Origin: a virus
Taxonomy: Duplodnaviria > Caudoviricetes
Direction: 5' to 3' (one strand)
Virus record (IMG/VR): IMGVR_UViG_3300037634_002155
Location: 1 to 25,949 of that record
Length of the DNA stretch: 25,949 bases
Position 1 is the first letter of the stretch. Each line of letters opens with the position of its first letter. Below the pieces are notes generated by a model. That model saw nothing but the letters and a program-made list of their open reading frames with translations. It was not told the origin of the DNA and did no database searches. Below, one piece after another: positions 13,877-22,033 of the stretch. A program made the position numbers and the translations under genes.

Positions 13877-16021
13877 TTATAAACTCATCCAAGAGTCAAT
13901 AGTTCCATCCACAAAAACGAGTTGCACCGCGTTGCCTTTGGGCAGTGTTCCATCAGCGGCCACCTCGTCAATTTCTTCACTGTTACGCGCTATAGTTACA
14001 AGCGCAGCTCCAACATTTTTAATCGTCACTGTGTTACCTGCGGATGGGCTACTTGGCAACGTAACCGTGAATGGAGTCGATGCGTGGTTACATATCAACT
14101 GGTCACCACTGCTTGCCGCATAGGTGGTCGTTTTAACCGCCCAATCACTATATGATCCACCCCCAACCTCAGTGCCGTTAACGCTAAAAACCTTACTCGC
14201 TGCAAGGTCTATACCGCCATCATCAATCGTAGCGATTTCAGCTTCGTCAATATAAAATGACACCTTACCGTGATCGCCCGTACCGCTTGCGGTTTTTGTA
14301 GTAAATCTGAGTTCTTCAAGCGTCTTATTCGACCCACCATTTAAGGCTTCTATAAACAATGCCTCTGTAGCCGATGTGCCGATAGATAGTGATGTATCTG
14401 CGTTATTATTATCATCGTATACAGTGACATCACCAGCCGTCACTACAAGCGATGCTGTACCTGCACTTAGCGTAAGGTTGTTGTTGCCACTCGTATCAAT
14501 AGAGGTAGCACCGTCAAACGACAATGTAGTAGCATCGGACGCTATGGTTCCGGCATCCAAACTCAGCGTAGCACTACCGGCATCTATCGTTATTGCGTTG
14601 TTGCCGGAACTGTCTATTGTAGCGGCACCATTGAAACTCAGCGTATCACCGCCTATATCTACGTTGCCCTCAAAATCAAGTGACCAGGATGCGGTTGTAG
14701 CATGTGGGGTAATGGTTAGACCTGTGACAAATGTTCCGGCACTTGCTATATCGTTACCGAAGGTCAGTATTCCACCATTAGCTGCATTAATTTTCCAATC
14801 GTCACCAGCATCAGCACTGGCATCAGCAGACAACACAATCGCTACAGGTGCATCATCTACACTGGCCTGTATCAGTAGGGCATCAGCACCAGCCTCATCG
14901 TATTCTATTTTAATGTCATCATTAGAACCGAAAATGATCTCTTTTGAATCGGCCATCGTGATCGAGTTTGCACCGCTGACGTTGATGCTATCGTCTACGA
15001 TCAAACCACTGTTTTGGCCTGTTTTGCCACCAGTGCCATCAAAACGAACTAAAGCGTTGTCGGTAGATGAACCAGGCCCACTAAAGTCACCAGAGGATAT
15101 AGCACTGCCAGCTATGGTATATGCCTTACCGGACGCAAGATCAATTCCACCATCATCAATGGTTGCAATCTCAACCTCGTCTATGTACCAAGTGACTTTA
15201 CCGTGATCGCCAGTTCCAGAGGCCGTCTTGGTTGTAAACCGCAACTCTTCTAAAGTCTTATTTGAGCCACCGTTAAGAGCCTGTACAAACAGAGCTTCCG
15301 TAGCACTCGTTCCTATGGCTAAACTGGTATCCGCATTGTTGTTATCATCATAGATGGTTACGTCACCAGCAGTAACGCCCAACGTAGCTGTTCCGGCAGA
15401 AAGGGTAAGATTGTTATTACCACTGGTGTCAATGGTAGCCGCACCGTTAAAGCTCAATGTATCGCCACCTATATCGACATCACCTTCAAAATCTAATGAC
15501 CATGATGCAGTGGTGGCGTGGGGTGTCAACGTCAAACCCGTTACGTACGTGCCAGCAGACGCTATATCGTTTCCAAATGTAAGCGCACCGCCATCGGCTA
15601 CCCCGACCTTCCATTCATCACCAGCGTCATCGCCTTGATCCGCTTTTAACACTATGGCTAAAGCGGCACCTTCTACCGCAGCAGCAATCTCCAACGCATC
15701 GTTAGTCGTTTCATCGTATTGGATGGTTACGTCATCGTTTGTGCCTAAAGAGAGAGCCTTATTGTCTGCTAATTTTAACGTGCCGGATAACGATAGGTTG
15801 TTGATCTGGTTACTTGCAGACGTATCGTCGAGGTCACGGCTTGAATCCACAACCAACGCTTTTGAGGCCGTGATCTGCCCGGCGCTAACCCCTAGATTCG
15901 TAGCGTCAAGGCCTCCATTGATCGCTGACGATGTAAGAAGGTTATCGAACTCGTTATTGAGTTGCGCAGCGGTTAAAACCGCACCGCTTGAAAATGTATG
16001 TACCCTTGATACAGAACCCAT
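13877..16021 (-). CDS. Tail fibre protein with large internal duplication
   Basis: N-terminal adaptor (TFSSGAVLTAAQLNNEFDNL); duplicated ~225 aa module; C-terminal TVTLPSSPSAGNTVTIKN fibre domain. Confidence 0.85.
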   Translation of the reverse strand: MGSVSRVHTFSSGAVLTAAQLNNEFDNLLTSSAINGGLDATNLGVSAGQITASKALVVDSSRDLDDTSASNQINNLSLSGTLKLADNKALSLGTNDDVTIQYDETTNDALEIAAAVEGAALAIVLKADQGDDAGDEWKVGVADGGALTFGNDIASAGTYVTGLTLTPHATTASWSLDFEGDVDIGGDTLSFNGAATIDTSGNNNLTLSAGTATLGVTAGDVTIYDDNNNADTSLAIGTSATEALFVQALNGGSNKTLEELRFTTKTASGTGDHGKVTWYIDEVEIATIDDGGIDLASGKAYTIAGSAISSGDFSGPGSSTDNALVRFDGTGGKTGQNSGLIVDDSINVSGANSITMADSKEIIFGSNDDIKIEYDEAGADALLIQASVDDAPVAIVLSADASADAGDDWKINAANGGILTFGNDIASAGTFVTGLTITPHATTASWSLDFEGNVDIGGDTLSFNGAATIDSSGNNAITIDAGSATLSLDAGTIASDATTLSFDGATSIDTSGNNNLTLSAGTASLVVTAGDVTVYDDNNNADTSLSIGTSATEALFIEALNGGSNKTLEELRFTTKTASGTGDHGKVSFYIDEAEIATIDDGGIDLAASKVFSVNGTEVGGGSYSDWAVKTTTYAASSGDQLICNHASTPFTVTLPSSPSAGNTVTIKNVGAALVTIARNSEEIDEVAADGTLPKGNAVQLVFVDGTIDSWMSL

Positions 16022-16054
16022 TATATCCTCAAACTGTTAAATTGGTTGTTCATA

Positions 16055-19054
16055 TCAAAATGCCTTTATGCGATTTAATCTTTCCTGACTTGCATCTCCT
16101 TGAAAACGCCTAACCCGGTCTTTCGCATCTCTTTCCATTTGCGTTATTCTTTCGTTTTCTTCCAATCTTTTCAGAGCAGCAGATTCACTGTCATCCAATG
16201 GGCGATTCTGACCAACATTCCTCAAATCAACTAAAAGATTATTTTTCCGATACTTGTTATCTGTTTCGCTTTCAAGCTGTCTACGCATGTGTTCCATTGC
16301 ACCCTCTGTAGACTCAACAAAACGGCCACCAAGTACAAGATCTTTTAATGCTTGGCGCTTTCCTTTAGGCAACTGACGTAACTCTTCATTTACCGAAAAG
16401 TAGTCGTCAAAATATTGCTCTACTTGGGCTAAATCTACTTTGTCACGACTTACTCCAAGATCTCTTGCAACAATAGTCTTCATACGTTCGTATTCTTCCG
16501 GAACAGCTTTTTTGTAGTAGGCCACAATGTCTTTACTGCCCTCTTTCCAATACTGCCAGTTATCTTGCCAAAACTTTTGCCCCTCTGGACTAAATGCGCG
16601 TATAAGAATTTGTGAACCGTATTTAGGTGAAAACATTGTGAGCGCAGGTAAGAATTCTACAGCCGCAATACCCATTGCCAACGGGTGCGCTAAACCGCCA
16701 CCAACTTCTCTTGCCATACCACCGATTTGACCTTTGGGTGACAAACCACCGGCAAGATTTGCCCTTAAACTATAACCAATCAGTTCAGCTAATAAGGTTG
16801 GATTATCAGTAAGTTCTGCTAAATCTTTAAATGTTTCTAACGGAAACCCGGAAGGATCATCAAACATAGTTGAAAGAGTTCTTAATATTACTTTATCATC
16901 AACTGCTTGTTTGCTGAACTCCTGATACACCTTGTTGCCATCCGAATCAAAAACCGTGTCAAACTCATCGGTTACCTCTACAAACCTTTTACTTTCCGGA
17001 TCGACCAACCTTAAATCCTCTTTTAAGCGATCCATAAAAGTTACAAAGTCAAAATGCTGTCTCATTGCCGCACTGTATTGAGCCGGATTAACCCCAACAA
17101 ACTCGCCAAACAACTGCACATCAAAATCTTTTAATACTGAACTGGGTATATACCGCCATTCGTTAACATTTTCATTTAACCATTTTTCAACGCCTTCTTC
17201 TCGCAGTTTTGCAAGTTTGGCGTTCATTAATTCCGGATTATCGGCTACTTCGCCAATGTAATCTCTTGTAACCTGATAGATTTGATCTAAGACCTTTAAC
17301 GCATTCTGGTTTGGCGGCTGTTTGCCATATCTTGCATCACCAACCATTTGCTTGAAATCATCAAGCTGCTTGAGCGTTATGTTTGCATCAGCCTCGTCAA
17401 AGGTTTGGAAAATAGAATCCAGCACTTGTCGTATTTGTGTTTGACCGGTTTCTCCGAAAAAAGGACTGAAGTCATAAGTAATATTACCCAGCGCATCTTG
17501 TTGAGTTGGTATTATACGCTGTAGTTTTGCTTTAAAATCACGTATCGGAACAGCGACTATCTCCATGCGTAGCGGTTCACGTAAGTTATTCTGTATTTCT
17601 TTTTGACGGGCAGTATATGTTTTAACCGCATTATTGAGTTTTGTCATCAACCTTCTACCCACAACCGCATTACCAGAAATTTTACGGCCAGCTACCGTCA
17701 CATCTTCTTGACGTATAGCATCAAGCATAACCTGAGAACCGCGACGATCCAGTTCATCCAGCACGGTTGGGTCCATTGCTACCTCAAACATTTCATGCAC
17801 CATCCGGTCACCTACATTCCACGTAAAACCGAATATATTTTCCAGTAAACCTCGACCAAAACCTGGCGGATTAATTTCCTGACCAAATGTTTCTCGCGCC
17901 TGTTCTTGAGTCTTTTCTTTGCCTTTGTTGTAAAACTCACGTATCAGCATAGAAGGCGATTTCTTTTTGTCTTTTATTGTTTGTCGCCATGTGCGGAGCT
18001 TCTCAGCCATTGGTGAGTTTTCGACAATGTTATTAAAAACTTCAAACGATGCCTTACCAAAATCTAATGCCGGATCAAACACTGCTTTTTTAGCTTTCTT
18101 TGCACCATACTTACTTGCTTTCCAACCCCAATTCAAACCTTGTTTTGTAACTGCACCTGGCACTCTCATTAAGACATTAGCCGGATCATAACGATCTATG
18201 GTAGCTCCTACACTTCCGGAGTAATCTGAAACCTGATCCAAAATGTTGCCTATTCTTGCCCTTGTGGAACCAGGAAAGTTTATTTTTACATCACCGCCAA
18301 AGCCCGGAAATTTACCCGGCCCAACAACACCCTCTGAACCACCCAAATTTGGATCAGGCTGATTTCCTTCACGGAATGGCCTACGACCTACAACATTACC
18401 CTCCGCATCAAACACATCTTCCATTGTCTCTTTAGGTTTTCTGCTGAAAAAACCTTTACCGGGTGGCTTGGGTGCCTTTGATATACCTTTAGGTGAAATA
18501 GCGGCTTTAGTCAGACGAGCCAACAAACCGGGCGTTTTTGCAGCAGTGGATGCACCAAACGCTACGTTGCTGGCCGCATCTAACGGACGCTCCATGATAG
18601 AGCGTGGCGACAACGACTCCGAAAGCCCTTCTTTCATTTGTTCGTAGACCAACCGGTTAGTAGGGTTTATTGGTTTATCTGTAACCATAGACTCTGCCAT
18701 ACCTAATCCGGCTCGACCTAAAGTTGTCGCACTTTCTATTGGGTTAAGTGCAGCAGTAGCCATATCGCCCGCCATATGATATGCGCTATACGGTAGATTA
18801 CCCACCGTCTTTAATACGCTGACACCCGGTCTTTCAGTCCAATCGCCTTCGACGTATGGAAAATGTGGCGTATCGGCTGATCGAAACTCACGTATTTGTA
18901 TTGGACGAGTGCCGTCTATCCGTGATTCGTAAAAATCAAAACCTACTCTTTCAGAAGGCGTATTTAGCAGGTTTAAATTGCCTCTGTTTCTTGATTTTAC
19001 ATAATCGCCAGCTTCAACAAGCGTCTTAAAACTGCCTGGTTCTTGTTCAGCCAT
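16055..19054 (-). CDS. Large internal virion / DNA ejection protein (putative)
   Basis: 999 aa, helical; sits between the nozzle and fibre genes as in podoviruses; AAGGA RBS. Confidence 0.65.
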   Translation of the reverse strand: MAEQEPGSFKTLVEAGDYVKSRNRGNLNLLNTPSERVGFDFYESRIDGTRPIQIREFRSADTPHFPYVEGDWTERPGVSVLKTVGNLPYSAYHMAGDMATAALNPIESATTLGRAGLGMAESMVTDKPINPTNRLVYEQMKEGLSESLSPRSIMERPLDAASNVAFGASTAAKTPGLLARLTKAAISPKGISKAPKPPGKGFFSRKPKETMEDVFDAEGNVVGRRPFREGNQPDPNLGGSEGVVGPGKFPGFGGDVKINFPGSTRARIGNILDQVSDYSGSVGATIDRYDPANVLMRVPGAVTKQGLNWGWKASKYGAKKAKKAVFDPALDFGKASFEVFNNIVENSPMAEKLRTWRQTIKDKKKSPSMLIREFYNKGKEKTQEQARETFGQEINPPGFGRGLLENIFGFTWNVGDRMVHEMFEVAMDPTVLDELDRRGSQVMLDAIRQEDVTVAGRKISGNAVVGRRLMTKLNNAVKTYTARQKEIQNNLREPLRMEIVAVPIRDFKAKLQRIIPTQQDALGNITYDFSPFFGETGQTQIRQVLDSIFQTFDEADANITLKQLDDFKQMVGDARYGKQPPNQNALKVLDQIYQVTRDYIGEVADNPELMNAKLAKLREEGVEKWLNENVNEWRYIPSSVLKDFDVQLFGEFVGVNPAQYSAAMRQHFDFVTFMDRLKEDLRLVDPESKRFVEVTDEFDTVFDSDGNKVYQEFSKQAVDDKVILRTLSTMFDDPSGFPLETFKDLAELTDNPTLLAELIGYSLRANLAGGLSPKGQIGGMAREVGGGLAHPLAMGIAAVEFLPALTMFSPKYGSQILIRAFSPEGQKFWQDNWQYWKEGSKDIVAYYKKAVPEEYERMKTIVARDLGVSRDKVDLAQVEQYFDDYFSVNEELRQLPKGKRQALKDLVLGGRFVESTEGAMEHMRRQLESETDNKYRKNNLLVDLRNVGQNRPLDDSESAALKRLEENERITQMERDAKDRVRRFQGDASQERLNRIKAF

Positions 19055-19072
19055 TATTTATCCATCCTTACT

Positions 19073-21736
19073 TTACTTACCATAATTTTTACCAAACTCT
19101 TCAGCACTCTGATTGTCTTTTTTATCTTTACTGCCGGTTGTGTTGCTCGTAGTTCGCGTTGGACGCGCCAGCCTTCTACTGAAATAGTTTTCAATATTTG
19201 TAAGTTCTCGCGTTGGTAGATTCTGACTTCTGTTTATTTCTAAGAAATCTGATAGTTGTGCATTCATGGTTTCAAGAGATTTATCGTAATACTCATCTGC
19301 TACCTGTTCCATGTTCTTGATAACGTCACTTGATAAGACAAAACCAGTACCCAAGCCACGTTGAATCCAGGCTTGTATTTGATTTCTTATACCTTGAGCG
19401 AACGCTTGCATTTGGAGATCGCCCTCACGCACCGTTGCCGGGTCAAACATTTGTTGATACATGTTGAATACAGCGTTTGCACTGGCAGACGAAGGATTGG
19501 TAGACCATGTTTGCATTGCAGCCTTCAATCCACCGTAAACCGATGCTAAACCACGCTCTGGACTGAAGAAATGTTTGTTATCTTTGACAAACTTGTCTGT
19601 TCGTTCCTGAAAACGCAGGTACTCATCATTATCGTATTCGGTCAATTCTTTTGCGTGTTTCTCTGCTTCCATTGTAAGACGTTCATGCGCGTGTTCGATT
19701 TGCAAGGCGGCAATTTCTCTACCTTGCCCTGTCGTTAACAGCCTATCTTCTCCAAGCCTTTCGGCAAGGTCAATTCGACGTTTCTCCAGTTCAGCCCGTC
19801 TATTCTCTATCTCTTTATCAAATTTTTCTTTTTCTCTATTAAATTCTAACTGTCGTTCTTTATAATCTCTTTCAAATTCATCCATAAGAATAGTTTGACC
19901 AAACTGATCGTATTGCAATGCCATCCGGTTTTTCAAATTCTCCATTTGTGCTACAGTGTACTTATTTTTAAAAGCGTCACGCGCCAACCTTCTGGCATCT
20001 GCTTTTATTTTTCTTTCCAGGTCAGCTTGCTTTCTTTCTGCATCAGTTTCTTTAACATCTTGTATACCTTTTTGCTTTAAAGCCTCTAAACCGGTTTCAC
20101 CGGCTACAGAAAGTCCTTGCCCGATACGACCTAATAGTCCAATGTCCGGAGTTTCGCTTTGTACTTGTGGCCGTGTCTTGCCACCGGTTAACGCACTGAT
20201 AAGGTTAGCTCGACCCGTAGCCTCTCTAACTCTTCTGTCTTCCTTGCGTTGTCCTCGACCTTGACCAATAGCGGCTAACAGACTACCAATCGACTTAGTT
20301 CCGGCGAGTGCCATTTCGGGGTTATCTTTTATTGCTTTACCAATACGAGCCAGCATAGAGGTGCTTTCTGGCGCTGACTCTTCTTCAACACTTACTGTTG
20401 GTTTTGCAGATGGGGTTGGTGCAGAAACAGATGGTTCCGTATCAGCAAAAATACCTTCATACTCAGAATCCAAACCCAATGCCGTTGGCGATACTTCAGG
20501 TTCTTCTCTTGGTGGCAAATTGATTTCGGCTGGTTGCGGTCGTAGCTGAGGTTGACCATCTGCAAATTTAACATCATCTGTTTCCCACATTGACAGCTTT
20601 GGTCGCCTATCTGGCTTTGCATCAACAAGACTTGTTGTTTCATCAACAGGATCTGTTATCTCATTATTTGTATTTTGTTGTCGTAATTTCCGATCTTGAG
20701 ATATACGTTCGGTCATTTTTGTGGGTGGAATCTGATCCATACTGTTTCTTACTGAGGCTGGTATGCTAACATTAGGATCATCACGATAGGAATCTTCTGT
20801 AAGACGCTTAGGAATAGGATCTGTTTGGCCATACTTAAGATCAAAATAACTTTTAGGTGATTTACCCCAAGCATCCAATGCTTTGTTATTGTATATTTTG
20901 CGTTCTTCTGGAGTCATCTTAGCCAACTCTTCAGAAGAGAGAAAGGTAAACTGATCGTCTGTTGGAGTTTCCTCAGCCACCTGTTGTGCAATACCAGGCT
21001 GTGATCCTTGTTCCAAAATACGCGCCGTTAATTGGTCGTCAGTTTGGCCCGTAATCGTATCTTTTAAATCTCCTCCGGCTCCAGCAGCGCGTAATCTGTC
21101 TTGGCGGTATTGTATGCGTTCTGCTTGAGTCATCTTAGCCAACTCTTCAGCAGGTATAAATTTAGGCATTTGCATATCGGGCGTTTTTTCGTCCAACGCT
21201 ACCGAACCTTGTCTTGGGCCTACAAACTCAGGCTCAATCATTCTTTGTAAAAGTTCATCATCAGCTTGAGGGGCAACACCCTGACCGTTTTGCATTGCTT
21301 CGACTCTGGTAGCATCAGGATCAGCAGTTGCCCTTCGGTTTGTTGGAATATTAACCTCACCCCTATTAAACTCAGAACTTGTATCAACAGGAGAATCTGA
21401 ACTAATAAGTTTTTTTAATAGCTCATCTGCATACAGTTTGAAATCTTCTATTTTTTTACGGGTTTCCGGATGTAATTCAAAAGGTGAAAAATTTGTTCCT
21501 GACGTATCAGTGCCTGTAGGAGAAACAAAATCTTTTATAGGGTTAATTACACTATCTAATTTCTTTTGAAGACCAGGAGAAAGATCAAAAGGGCCGAGCT
21601 TTGGATCTTCTGAAACAAACCCTTTTTGCTCTCTTAATGCCTTGATGGATTCCTCTCTTTTACGCGCTTCAAACTCTTCGTCCGTTTCGCCCGGCATTCT
21701 TGTAATTGGTGGCATACTGCCTAATAATTCACTCAT
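19073..21736 (-). CDS. Internal virion / ejection protein (putative)
   Basis: 887 aa; disordered N-half, coiled coil, and MFDPATVREGD motif resembling the DPxSVVRE motif I recall from such proteins. Confidence 0.65.
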   Translation of the reverse strand: MSELLGSMPPITRMPGETDEEFEARKREESIKALREQKGFVSEDPKLGPFDLSPGLQKKLDSVINPIKDFVSPTGTDTSGTNFSPFELHPETRKKIEDFKLYADELLKKLISSDSPVDTSSEFNRGEVNIPTNRRATADPDATRVEAMQNGQGVAPQADDELLQRMIEPEFVGPRQGSVALDEKTPDMQMPKFIPAEELAKMTQAERIQYRQDRLRAAGAGGDLKDTITGQTDDQLTARILEQGSQPGIAQQVAEETPTDDQFTFLSSEELAKMTPEERKIYNNKALDAWGKSPKSYFDLKYGQTDPIPKRLTEDSYRDDPNVSIPASVRNSMDQIPPTKMTERISQDRKLRQQNTNNEITDPVDETTSLVDAKPDRRPKLSMWETDDVKFADGQPQLRPQPAEINLPPREEPEVSPTALGLDSEYEGIFADTEPSVSAPTPSAKPTVSVEEESAPESTSMLARIGKAIKDNPEMALAGTKSIGSLLAAIGQGRGQRKEDRRVREATGRANLISALTGGKTRPQVQSETPDIGLLGRIGQGLSVAGETGLEALKQKGIQDVKETDAERKQADLERKIKADARRLARDAFKNKYTVAQMENLKNRMALQYDQFGQTILMDEFERDYKERQLEFNREKEKFDKEIENRRAELEKRRIDLAERLGEDRLLTTGQGREIAALQIEHAHERLTMEAEKHAKELTEYDNDEYLRFQERTDKFVKDNKHFFSPERGLASVYGGLKAAMQTWSTNPSSASANAVFNMYQQMFDPATVREGDLQMQAFAQGIRNQIQAWIQRGLGTGFVLSSDVIKNMEQVADEYYDKSLETMNAQLSDFLEINRSQNLPTRELTNIENYFSRRLARPTRTTSNTTGSKDKKDNQSAEEFGKNYGK

Positions 21737-22023
21737 ACTGAACCTAACGGTTTTATGCCGAATTTGGATTCAGCTATTTGTTCAAGCAGTTTGCGCGTCA
21801 TTGGATCGCTTGCTAATGTTTGCCCAATGCCCGGTTGCGATGCCTGTTGTGGTGTTGTAGGCTGGGCTTGCGGATTAAAAGCCTGTATCAGCTTATCTTG
21901 CTTTGCCTGTTCTTCCATGCGTTGCTGATCGCGTTTAGCTTGACGGTTGCCCAATATTCCTTGCGCTATACTCATTCCAGCCGGTATCGCATACGGTGCT
22001 GCTGCTGCTAAAAAACCTGGCAT
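21733..22023 (-). CDS. Small ejection protein (putative)
   Basis: AAGGAG RBS; A/G-rich hydrophobic N-terminus followed by a Q-rich helix. Confidence 0.65.
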   Translation of the reverse strand: MPGFLAAAAPYAIPAGMSIAQGILGNRQAKRDQQRMEEQAKQDKLIQAFNPQAQPTTPQQASQPGIGQTLASDPMTRKLLEQIAESKFGIKPLGSV

Positions 22024-22033
22024 GTTATTCTCC

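Noticed and set aside
12811-16021. DGR or shufflon acting on the tail fibres
   Set aside because: No reverse transcriptase in the window; differences between duplicated modules look synonymous rather than adenine-specific; no inverted cassettes seen.
14376-16040. Long plus-strand ORFs (276, 94, 128 aa) opposite the tail fibre
   Set aside because: Antisense shadows of a Gly/Ala/Asp/Thr-rich gene; no RBS; S/P/V/L-biased.
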